A stretch of 26,940 nucleotides of DNA from a virus (Duplodnaviria > Caudoviricetes): positions 1-26,940 of IMG/VR virus record IMGVR_UViG_3300025138_000281. The stretch is one strand, 5' to 3'. This document shows, in pieces, positions 18,023-25,626 of this stretch. Every line of letters begins with the position of its first letter. The stretch's first letter is position 1. The position numbers and the translations under genes were made by a program. The notes beneath the pieces are model-generated. The model had not been told where the DNA came from, did no database searches, and saw only the letters and a list, made by a program, of their open reading frames with translations.

Positions 18023-19561
18023 ATGACAGTTAAAAAGTTCTCGTCTATCTTTGATGGACTGAAAGAAGCTTACGGCACATACCGGATAGAGAAAACTCAG
18101 TCCAACGGGAAGAACACAGGCAAAGCAGGCATCGTTCGCGAACCGCGCAACGCGGGTCTGTGGGAGGGCCACCTGTCGGGTAAGGGAAACTCTATCGGCA
18201 TTATCCCAATAAACGCAGATAACATGTGCAAGTGGGGCTGTGTAGATATTGACCAGTACCCGCTGGATCATAAACTACTCTTAGAAAAGATCAGGAAGCT
18301 AAAACTTCCGCTCGTTGTCTGTCGCTCTAAGTCTGGCGGAGCGCACTGCTTCCTATTCTGTAAGGATTGGGTTGAGGCAAAAGACATGCAAAGGTCACTC
18401 AAAAGTATAGCGGCCGCGCTGGGCTACGGTGAAAGCGAGATATTCCCAAAGCAGATTAAACTGCACCTAGATCGTGGAGATGTGGGTAACTTTCTAAATC
18501 TTCCGTACTACAACGCAGAAGACGGTCTGCGCTACGGCATCCTAGATGACGGCACTTCGGCCACTCTAAAAGAATTCTTTGAACTCTACGAGACACACGT
18601 TCAAACGCCAGAGCAAATCCAGAAGCTCCAGATAACAGAAGCAACCGAAACAACGCCCGTAAGAGACGGCCCGCCGTGCCTACAGCACTTAGTCAAAGAG
18701 AAAATCTCTGAGGGTGGGCGCAATAACGGTCTGTTTAATATAGGCGTGTACCTTCGCAAGGCGTTCCCAGATAGCTGGGAAACAGAAATCCTGACCTACA
18801 ACATGCAATACTTTGAGCCGCCGCTCCCACTGTCAGAAGTTACAGTGGTTGCAAAGCAGCTAGAGCGCAAAGATTATGCCTACCGCTGTAGTGATGCGCC
18901 GATAAACGCGCACTGTAACAAGGAACTTTGCCAAACCCGTAAGTTTGGTATTGGGAGCGCCATACAGAACGCTACAGTAGCCAATCTGCGTAAGTACAAT
19001 TCAACGCCCCCCGTCTGGTTTATGGACGTTAACGGCGAGCCTCTGGAGCTAGATACAGACGCCCTAATGAGCCAGCCGATGTTTCAGAAAGCATGTATGG
19101 AGCAACTCAACTTCATGCCGCGCAGCGTGGCAAAGCAACAGTGGGAAGGTCGGATCAGCGCACTGCTTACAGAGATGCGCGAAAACGAAAGCGCCATCAT
19201 GGAAGTGGCAGTAGACGCCAGCGTTAGCGGCCAGTTTTACGACTACTTAGAAGAATTTTGTCGTTTCCTACAGCAAGCGCAGGACAAAGAAGAAATCTTG
19301 CTCCGCCGCCCTTGGACCGACGAAGACGCAATGGTAACCTTCTTTCGCCTAAAAGACTTCGAAAACTTTCTAAAGAAGAACAAATTCTTTGAGTACAAGT
19401 CACACCGAATTGCCCAGCGCCTGCGTGACATAAACGGCGATAGCACCGTTCTGAAGATCAAAGGCCGCGCAGTGCGGGTCTGGCAGATTCCAGCGTTTGA
19501 GTCTGGCGACATAGATATAACAACTCCAGACTTCACACCAAAACAGGAGAGCCCGTTTTGA
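18023..19561 (+). CDS. Archaeo-eukaryotic-type (AEP) DNA primase with PriCT-like domain
   Basis: VDID (motif I), SKSGGAH (motif II), GNFLNLPY (motif III), and a PPCL...EGGRNNGLF PriCT-like segment. AAGGA RBS. Confidence 0.8.
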   Translation: MTVKKFSSIFDGLKEAYGTYRIEKTQSNGKNTGKAGIVREPRNAGLWEGHLSGKGNSIGIIPINADNMCKWGCVDIDQYPLDHKLLLEKIRKLKLPLVVCRSKSGGAHCFLFCKDWVEAKDMQRSLKSIAAALGYGESEIFPKQIKLHLDRGDVGNFLNLPYYNAEDGLRYGILDDGTSATLKEFFELYETHVQTPEQIQKLQITEATETTPVRDGPPCLQHLVKEKISEGGRNNGLFNIGVYLRKAFPDSWETEILTYNMQYFEPPLPLSEVTVVAKQLERKDYAYRCSDAPINAHCNKELCQTRKFGIGSAIQNATVANLRKYNSTPPVWFMDVNGEPLELDTDALMSQPMFQKACMEQLNFMPRSVAKQQWEGRISALLTEMRENESAIMEVAVDASVSGQFYDYLEEFCRFLQQAQDKEEILLRRPWTDEDAMVTFFRLKDFENFLKKNKFFEYKSHRIAQRLRDINGDSTVLKIKGRAVRVWQIPAFESGDIDITTPDFTPKQESPF

Positions 19562-19755
19562 CAACCCCAGTATTAAAAAAACTTAGAAACGTAGAGATCG
19601 TCCGGATGATCGACGAACAGCACATGACAAAAACCGCCGTCGCTAAATGGTTTAAAATAAGCAAACAGCGCGTGTGGCAGATTTACGAACGGGAGAAAGA
19701 AAATGTTCAGGATATTCGGCCCACCGGGGACGGGGAAGACAACCAGACTTCTTAA
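19558..19755 (+). CDS. Small helix-turn-helix DNA-binding protein
   Basis: RNVEI...MTKTAVAKWFKISKQRVWQI, a sigma region-4-like HTH. AGGAGA RBS and a TTG start overlapping the primase stop. Confidence 0.75.
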   Translation: MTTPVLKKLRNVEIVRMIDEQHMTKTAVAKWFKISKQRVWQIYEREKENVQDIRPTGDGEDNQTS

Positions 19756-21223
19756 TATGGTTGACGACGCGCTCCAAAAGGGTGTCGCCCCGATGAACAT
19801 AGCTTTCCTAGCTTTTACACGCAAAGCCGCCAACGAAGCAAAAGAACGCGCGGCTAAACGCTTTAACCTAGACCCCAAGAAAGACCTGTTCTATTTCCGG
19901 ACACTGCACAGCCTAGCTTTGACCTGTTCCGACATACGCACCGAACAGGTAATGCAGGACGAAAACTATAGGGAACTCTCCAGAGAGATGGGGGTGCAGC
20001 TAAACGTAGCTCGTACCAATAACTTTGATGACGATCTGCCTGAGATGACCAAAGCAACTGACCCTATCTTGGGCCTGATTAACCTTGCCCGAATGCGCAA
20101 AGTGCCGCTGCGCCAACAGTACAACGAAACCCCAATCGAAATAGAGTGGAACATTGTAACCTATGTGGACAAATGCCTGACCAGCTACAAAGAAAACATG
20201 GAGATGTACGACTTCACAGATATGCTGGAGAACTTTCCAAAAGAAGGCTACACAAGCTGCCCGCACTTTGACCTATGCTTTGTAGATGAAGCGCAAGACC
20301 TTTCACCCATACAATGGGACATAGCGCACATCCTAGACGAACGATCAAAAAGAATGTACTGCGCAGGCGATGATGACCAAGCCATATACCGCTGGGCAGG
20401 GGCAGATGTAGACCACTTTATCGGGCTGGACGGCGGATCAGAAACCCTGTCACAATCCTACCGCGTTCCATTCCTAGTACACCAACTGGCAGAACGGGTC
20501 GTGTCCCGTATCGGTAAGCGCTTCCTTAAAGAATACAAACCAAAGGTCGATGAATACGGTTCGATACGCCGTATCTTCAGCGTCGAAGAGATAGACATGT
20601 CAGAAGGATCGTGGCTCATCCTCGCCCAAGCCGGATACCAGCTACAGCCCGTAGCCGCCGAACTCCGGTCCTCCGGATACCTGTTCATCAATCGCGGCCA
20701 TCGCTCCATATCCGAAAAGATATCCGACGCCGTTAACGGTTGGGAACAACTGCGCAAAGGCAAAGAAATCACAGGAGCCGTAGCGCGTAAAATATACAGC
20801 TACATGTCAACTAAAGACCGCGTGAAAAGAGGCTTTAAAACCCTGACCGCCGTCGAAGATACAGACTTCGTAACCCTCGAAACACTGACCGCGGACCACG
20901 GACTTTTAGCAACACAAGACATGGTATGGCATATTGCCATGGACCGCGTACCAGAAAGCGACAGAGCCTATATCATTGCAATGCTTCGACGAGGCGAGCG
21001 CTTTAACGGCGAGCCACGCATAACCGTGTCAACGATACACGGGGCAAAGGGCGGAGAGGCGGACAACGTAGTTCTATTCACAGACCTTTCCCCCGCCGCC
21101 GAAGAACAAATGAATGTTAACCCAGACGACACGCACCGCGTATTCTATGTGGGCGTAACTCGCGCTAAACAAAGCCTGTTTATCGTGGAACCTCAAGACT
21201 TCACAAGGAGTTATGATCTATGA
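19703..21223 (+). CDS. UvrD/Rep-like superfamily 1 DNA helicase
   Basis: GPPGTGKT, AFTRKAA, VDEAQD, GDDDQAIY, QSYR, STIHGAKGGE, YVGVTRA. Confidence 0.93.
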   Translation: MFRIFGPPGTGKTTRLLNMVDDALQKGVAPMNIAFLAFTRKAANEAKERAAKRFNLDPKKDLFYFRTLHSLALTCSDIRTEQVMQDENYRELSREMGVQLNVARTNNFDDDLPEMTKATDPILGLINLARMRKVPLRQQYNETPIEIEWNIVTYVDKCLTSYKENMEMYDFTDMLENFPKEGYTSCPHFDLCFVDEAQDLSPIQWDIAHILDERSKRMYCAGDDDQAIYRWAGADVDHFIGLDGGSETLSQSYRVPFLVHQLAERVVSRIGKRFLKEYKPKVDEYGSIRRIFSVEEIDMSEGSWLILAQAGYQLQPVAAELRSSGYLFINRGHRSISEKISDAVNGWEQLRKGKEITGAVARKIYSYMSTKDRVKRGFKTLTAVEDTDFVTLETLTADHGLLATQDMVWHIAMDRVPESDRAYIIAMLRRGERFNGEPRITVSTIHGAKGGEADNVVLFTDLSPAAEEQMNVNPDDTHRVFYVGVTRAKQSLFIVEPQDFTRSYDL

Positions 21224-21552
21224 AACAACAAGAACGTTTTGAATTTATAGAGGCCGAGATTGACCGAGCCTATGTTCACGCTGATGACGAATGGAAACAA
21301 GAGTATTACCAGAACGCCGCTAAATATCTAGCTGAACACAAGATTGTTGAAGGCGGAAAGATTTGTGCCTTTTGCAGATCACAAGGGATGGCTGATCCGC
21401 ACCACCATAACGTTTGGGGTGCAATGATGACATCTCTAAAAAAACTAGGGTGGGTCGAGAAGATAGGAATGGTCCGCCCAACTACACGCCACACGCATAT
21501 TAACGAAGTATGCCAATGGGAAAGCAAACTATTTAAGGGAGAGAAGACGTGA
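21220..21552 (+). CDS. Hypothetical phage protein
   Basis: 110 aa, AAGGAG RBS, ATGA overlap. PHHHNVWGAMM motif. Confidence 0.7.
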   Translation: MKQQERFEFIEAEIDRAYVHADDEWKQEYYQNAAKYLAEHKIVEGGKICAFCRSQGMADPHHHNVWGAMMTSLKKLGWVEKIGMVRPTTRHTHINEVCQWESKLFKGEKT

Positions 21553-21704
21553 ATTGTTGGCATTGTAAGACAGAACTTATTTGGGGAGGAGATCACGATT
21601 GTGAGGATGACGAAGAGCATTCTATGGTCACAAACCTCTCATGCCCTAAATGCGAGAGCTTTGTATTAGTTTATTATCCAAGGGAGAAAGAAGATGAAAC
21701 GTGA
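21549..21704 (+). CDS. Small Zn-ribbon protein (not in ORF track)
   Basis: GTG start overlapping the upstream TGA, GGGAGAG RBS. 51 aa MNCWHCKTELIWGGDHD...SCPKCESF with two CxxC pairs. Confidence 0.8.
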   Translation: MNCWHCKTELIWGGDHDCEDDEEHSMVTNLSCPKCESFVLVYYPREKEDET

Positions 21705-22023
21705 TGAAATACTGGATTTGTCAAAAGAACTGATAAACGGCCAACGCGCCAAAGACTACGGCGATGCGTTCGACAACCACAACAGAATAGCGGAGGGTTG
21801 GAACATAATTACAAACAGCGCACTGGTAAGCCACGGCGCACTGACCGCGCAGCACGTTGTATTAATGATGGATTGGGTGAAGACAGCACGGCTACTTAAC
21901 ACTCTGGATCACGATGACTCTTGGATAGATAAAGTTGGTTACAGCGCTCTTGGTGGCGAGTTCTCACAAAAGAACGAAATGATCCAAGAGATAGAAGCAG
22001 TAAAGAGAAAGTTACAAAAATGA
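21694..22023 (+). CDS. DUF6378-like phage protein
   Basis: R.KDYGD...N..RIA..W, MM..VK.AR and DSWID..GY.ALG pattern. GGGAG RBS. Confidence 0.75.
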   Translation: MKRDEILDLSKELINGQRAKDYGDAFDNHNRIAEGWNIITNSALVSHGALTAQHVVLMMDWVKTARLLNTLDHDDSWIDKVGYSALGGEFSQKNEMIQEIEAVKRKLQK

Positions 22024-23912
22024 AGCTTAAAATAGCCAGCCCTTCGCTAAAGTCAGAGTGGGTTCCGCCCGCAGAACTTCCAGACCTAACAGGCGCAAGC
22101 ACAATCGCTATCGACGTAGAAACCCGTGACCCTAACATCAAAACAAGCGGTCCCGGCTGGGCTGTAGGTGACGGTGAAGTGGTCGGCTATGCAGTGGCTA
22201 CAGCAGATTGGGCAGGCTATATTCCTACAAGACACCGTGGTGGCGGAAACCTAGACGAAAAGATAGTCAATCGCTGGCTCAAGAAGGTCTTTGACTGCCC
22301 CGCCGATAAAGTAATGCACAATGCGCAATATGACGTAGGTTGGATCAAACGTATGGGGTTTGAGATAAACGGGCGGGTAATCGACACAATGGTCGTCGCT
22401 TCGCTGCTAGATGAGAATAAGTTTTCCTACGCCCTTAACTCTTTGGCGTTTGAGTATCTGGGCCTCGCAAAGAACGAAAGCCTACTTAGAGAAGCAGCCA
22501 AAGAGTTTGGCTTTGATCCCAAGGCTGACATGTGGAAAATGCCCGCCATGTACGTCGGACCCTACGCCCAGACAGATGCAGAAGTTACCCTGCAACTCTG
22601 GGACTACCTAAAAGTAGAGATCGGCAAGCAAAACCTCTGGAATATCGTCAACCTAGAGCTAGATTTGCTCCCCTGCTTGGTCAACATGACTTGGAGAGGC
22701 GTCCGCGTTGATATGGACAAAACTGAAAGAACGCGGGACGCGATCCTAAAACGCGAGAAAACTGTGCTAAAAGAGATCAAAAGCTTAGTTGGCCGTGACA
22801 TAGAGATTTGGGCGGCGAATTCTATAGCAGAAGCCTTCGATGACCTAGCAATACCTTACCCAAAGACAGAAAAAGGTGCGCCGTCGTTTAAAAAGCAGTT
22901 TTTAGCAGATCACAGCGAGAAATTACCACAACTGATCGTCCAAGCTCGCAGTTTAAACAAAACCAGCGGAACTTTTATCAATAATATCCTAAAATTCTGC
23001 CACGGCGACGGTCGAGTGCATTCGCACATCAATCAGATCAGAGGAGACGACGGGGGCACAGTTTCTGGTAGATTTTCTATGAATAACCCTAACTTACAAC
23101 AAATCCCGGCCCGCGATCCGGAGATCGGGCCACTTATACGGTCGTTGTTCCTGCCAGAAGAGGGGGAACAGTGGGCGGCAATAGATTACTCGCAACAAGA
23201 ACCGCGCATCTTGGTTCATTACGCCCATGTATATGGAAAGAGCCGCGGGATTGCTTTGCGAGGTGTTGAGGAGTTTGTAACAAGCTACAGAGAAAACCCA
23301 GACATGGATTTTCACACAATGGTTGCGGAAATGGCAGATATCCCTCGGAAACAAGCAAAAACCATCAATCTGGGCATGATGTACGGCATGGGGGTCGCTA
23401 AACTGGCAGATCAGCTAGATATCGACACAAGCGAAGCTAAAGGCTTGGTTAAACAGTACCATGACCGCGTACCGTTCGTAAAAGCACTGATGAATGGCGT
23501 TACAGAAAGACTGAACAGCAAGGCCAGCGGCGGCGCGATAAGCTCAATCTTAGGTCGTAAGTGTCGGTTTAATCTTTGGGAGCCAGACTCTTTTGAGATG
23601 ACCAAAGCTATGCCGTACCAAGAAGCAGTGCTTGAATATGGTGACACATGCCGTCTCAAGCGGGCGTTTACTTACAAAGCGTTGAACAGACTTATCCAAG
23701 CGTCCGCCGCGGACATGACCAAGAAAGCCATGGTTGATTTGTACAAAGAAGGGTATCTTCCAATGCTTCAAGTGCATGACGAACTGTGCATGTCAGTAAA
23801 AACCAGAGAAGAGGCAGAAGCTATTGCCAAGATCATGGTAAATGCAGTACCATTAGAAATCCCTAGCAAGTGTGACGTTGAAGTAGGTCCAAGCTGGGGT
23901 GAAGCTAAATAA
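22020..23912 (+). CDS. polA: Family A DNA polymerase with 3'-5' exonuclease domain
   Basis: Exo I IDVET, Exo II HNAQYD, Exo III YAQTD. Motif A DYSQQEPR, motif B KTINLGMMYG, motif C QVHDEL. Confidence 0.95.
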   Translation: MKLKIASPSLKSEWVPPAELPDLTGASTIAIDVETRDPNIKTSGPGWAVGDGEVVGYAVATADWAGYIPTRHRGGGNLDEKIVNRWLKKVFDCPADKVMHNAQYDVGWIKRMGFEINGRVIDTMVVASLLDENKFSYALNSLAFEYLGLAKNESLLREAAKEFGFDPKADMWKMPAMYVGPYAQTDAEVTLQLWDYLKVEIGKQNLWNIVNLELDLLPCLVNMTWRGVRVDMDKTERTRDAILKREKTVLKEIKSLVGRDIEIWAANSIAEAFDDLAIPYPKTEKGAPSFKKQFLADHSEKLPQLIVQARSLNKTSGTFINNILKFCHGDGRVHSHINQIRGDDGGTVSGRFSMNNPNLQQIPARDPEIGPLIRSLFLPEEGEQWAAIDYSQQEPRILVHYAHVYGKSRGIALRGVEEFVTSYRENPDMDFHTMVAEMADIPRKQAKTINLGMMYGMGVAKLADQLDIDTSEAKGLVKQYHDRVPFVKALMNGVTERLNSKASGGAISSILGRKCRFNLWEPDSFEMTKAMPYQEAVLEYGDTCRLKRAFTYKALNRLIQASAADMTKKAMVDLYKEGYLPMLQVHDELCMSVKTREEAEAIAKIMVNAVPLEIPSKCDVEVGPSWGEAK

Positions 23913-23953
23913 GCTTCGCGGTTTACTGCTCATCCACCGCCTACTTCTAACTG

Positions 23954-24004
23954 CCCTTTTGTCTGGTCAGGTTTCGCACTGCAACGACAAAAGGGTTTTT
24001 TCTT
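23954..24004 (+). terminator. Rho-independent terminator after polA (large, partly paired loop)
   Basis: CCCTTTTGTC ... GACAAAAGGG followed by TTTTTTCTT. Confidence 0.75.
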
Positions 24005-24037
24005 GCAGGTTCCCATAAACTCCTATATGATCCTATT
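24003..24037 (+). promoter_or_regulatory. Sigma70-like promoter with three tandem TCCYATW boxes
   Basis: TTGCAG (24003), 17 bp spacer, TATGAT (24026). TCCCATA 24011, TCCTATA 24021 and TCCTATT 24031 recur at a 10-bp period. Confidence 0.7.
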
Positions 24038-24060
24038 GAAAACGACAAAAGGTAAACCCA

Positions 24061-24237
24061 ATGGATACTACAAAATGGAAAAGCGTCCTTGTGCCCATTG
24101 AGGTGTACAAAGAGATTAAAGAACACTCTGTTGTTAACGGTAGAACAATAAGTGGACAACTTAGGGTCATGTTTGATGTTTATTCGAAAAGTAAGGATAA
24201 AACACTTGACGCATCCCATAAAATCGCTTACAAATAG
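24061..24237 (+). CDS. Ribbon-helix-helix (Arc/CopG-like) DNA-binding protein (not in ORF track)
   Basis: 58 aa MDTTKWKSVLVPIEVYKEIKEHSVVNGRTISGQLRVMF...: an alternating beta strand, a helix, a G-R-T-I-S turn, then a second helix. AAGG RBS and its own promoter. Confidence 0.75.
   Translation: MDTTKWKSVLVPIEVYKEIKEHSVVNGRTISGQLRVMFDVYSKSKDKTLDASHKIAYK
24206..24234 (+). promoter_or_regulatory. Sigma70-like promoter with TCCCATA box, for the candidate sRNA
   Basis: TTGACG (24206), 17 bp spacer containing TCCCATA (24214), TACAAA (24229). Confidence 0.55.
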
Positions 24238-24240
24238 CGC

Positions 24241-24307
24241 AGACATTCTCCAAATGTTTCAAAAAATGTTAAAGCCCTCAGTTTATTGTCCAAACTGAGG
24301 GTTTTTT
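24241..24307 (+). ncRNA. Candidate small regulatory RNA with anti-Shine-Dalgarno loop
   Basis: Lies between a promoter and a terminator, with no RBS-led ORF. 5' hairpin GACATT-CTCCA-AATGTT. Offers 17 bp of complementarity to 24362-24379. Confidence 0.5.
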
Positions 24308-24310
24308 CTT
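24274..24310 (+). terminator. Rho-independent terminator
   Basis: GCCCTCAGTTT-attgtcc-AAACTGAGGGT followed by a T-tract. Confidence 0.85.
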
Positions 24311-24325
24311 GTGTAAACTATTTAC

Positions 24326-24354
24326 TTGACATTCTCCCATACCATATTTATTCT
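24326..24354 (+). promoter_or_regulatory. Sigma70-like promoter for the early/accessory operon, with TCCCATA box
   Basis: TTGACA (24326), 17 bp spacer containing TCCCATA (24335), TATTCT (24349). Confidence 0.75.
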
Positions 24355-24380
24355 GTATTCATTGAAACAGGAGAAATGTA

Positions 24381-24710
24381 ATGGAAACTTATACACTAGA
24401 TATTAAGGGCGGGTTGCCAATTAAGCTAACCGCAGAACATACGCTAGGAAACTTAGAAGGTATTGACAAGACAATGCGTAAACCCCATTGGGGACCGCAC
24501 TTGTTTCGATTAAAAAGCGGGGAAATGGTTTTGTATATCGGCCTCATGCATAACTGTGGTCAACAAAAGAATTTCTTTGGTAAACTATATATGAACGTTG
24601 AAGATCTAAGCTCTGAAAATATTCTACAAATATTTGGCAATACATATTCTTCACATGCAATGAATATTATTAAAGCACTTGGTCTGCCAACTGTAGTGGA
24701 GATTTCATAA
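24381..24710 (+). CDS. Hypothetical protein
   Basis: 109 aa, AGGAGA RBS, first gene after the promoter. Confidence 0.75.
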   Translation: METYTLDIKGGLPIKLTAEHTLGNLEGIDKTMRKPHWGPHLFRLKSGEMVLYIGLMHNCGQQKNFFGKLYMNVEDLSSENILQIFGNTYSSHAMNIIKALGLPTVVEIS

Positions 24711-24973
24711 TGCCTATGACAGCAAAAATCAAACTACGGGACGTTGATAACTTAGTTATATCGTCCACGTCTATCACAGCGGACCATTACGAAGACGGTC
24801 CCGATCCCGACGAATTTCTTCATAACGCTTGGAAAATGGCCGATCAAATGGCAAACCACCTATCTTGCGCGGACGAGTGGCGCTTAACCCTAACATTCGA
24901 CTTAGATTTGCGGGAAACCATGGAAGATGTAATGGCAAGGCAACCTTGCCGTTGCAATGAGTGTGCGCCATGA
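24710..24973 (+). CDS. Hypothetical protein with C-terminal CxCxxC
   Basis: 87 aa, GGAG RBS, TAATG coupling. Confidence 0.7.
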   Translation: MPMTAKIKLRDVDNLVISSTSITADHYEDGPDPDEFLHNAWKMADQMANHLSCADEWRLTLTFDLDLRETMEDVMARQPCRCNECAP

Positions 24974-25281
24974 TGCTTGATAGGGACATGGTAAAGCGGG
25001 TTCTTGGCGGGCAAAACGGTAAGTTTGCAGGCGTAAAAGTCTTAACGAAAGGCGGTAACGAACGATATGTTTTGGGCCGCGTAGACGGCACATCTTATAA
25101 CTCAGGATATATTTGTTGTTTTTGGAACAACAGGCGCAAGCGTTTTGATTTAGGGCGCGTAATAGCCATGATGTCTGAAAACGGTCACACCTTTGTTTCG
25201 GGTCAACATTTTAGCCACGAAAAGTGGTTACAAGTAAACAAGCTCATGGGCTATAATTATCTTATTAAGGAGGCCGCGTGA
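24970..25281 (+). CDS. Hypothetical protein
   Basis: Probable start is the ATG at 24970 (ATGA overlap). Ends KEAA over the next gene's AAGGAGG RBS. Confidence 0.65.
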   Translation: MMLDRDMVKRVLGGQNGKFAGVKVLTKGGNERYVLGRVDGTSYNSGYICCFWNNRRKRFDLGRVIAMMSENGHTFVSGQHFSHEKWLQVNKLMGYNYLIKEAA

Positions 25282-25382
25282 TGAACCTCACTGACTTCGC
25301 CGCGCTGATCGGTTTCGGATGTGGAATTATCGTGGGCGGAGCAATCTGCTTTTTTACTTTAACTTTTTTATGGATATGCTGA
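25281..25382 (+). CDS. Small single-pass membrane peptide (not in ORF track)
   Basis: AAGGAGG RBS at 25267. MNLTDFAALIGFGCGIIVGGAICFFTLTFLWIC, 33 aa. An alternative GTG start lies at 25278. Confidence 0.65.
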   Translation: MNLTDFAALIGFGCGIIVGGAICFFTLTFLWIC

Positions 25383-25384
25383 AA

Positions 25385-25453
25385 ATGAGTAGTCAAGATA
25401 TGGATCGTCTGTTGGACGAAGTGTTTGCAAAAGTGTTCGGGAGTAACTGGTAA
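25385..25453 (+). CDS. Very small peptide (22 aa)
   Basis: MSSQDMDRLLDEVFAKVFGSNW. Fills the gap and is coupled by TAATG to the next ORF. Confidence 0.5.
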   Translation: MSSQDMDRLLDEVFAKVFGSNW

Positions 25454-25626
25454 TGGAAGAACTACAGCTAGACCATGAGCCTTCAATTAATCATTGGGCA
25501 AAACTAATAGCTGATGATGATATAGCTACGGGTTATCACACAAGTTGGAGCCACGCATATGAATGTGCTTGGGTAGGCTTGGAAACAGAATACAACTACA
25601 GCTACGAATATAGAGAGGGTTGGTAA
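25453..25626 (+). CDS. Small acidic/aromatic hypothetical protein (57 aa, not in ORF track)
   Basis: GGGAG RBS, TAATG overlaps at both ends. MEELQLDHEPSINHWAKLIADDD... Confidence 0.65.
   Translation: MEELQLDHEPSINHWAKLIADDDIATGYHTSWSHAYECAWVGLETEYNYSYEYREGW

Noticed and set aside
22020-23912. Intein or intron in the polymerase or helicase genes
   Set aside because: Lengths and motif spacing are normal, with no splicing or homing-endonuclease motifs.
23913-24000. tRNA or CRISPR-like element after polA
   Set aside because: No cloverleaf or T-loop consensus and no repeat-spacer periodicity.
23947-24246. 99-aa minus-strand ORF over the control region
   Set aside because: Better explained by the plus-strand RHH gene with its own promoter and RBS.
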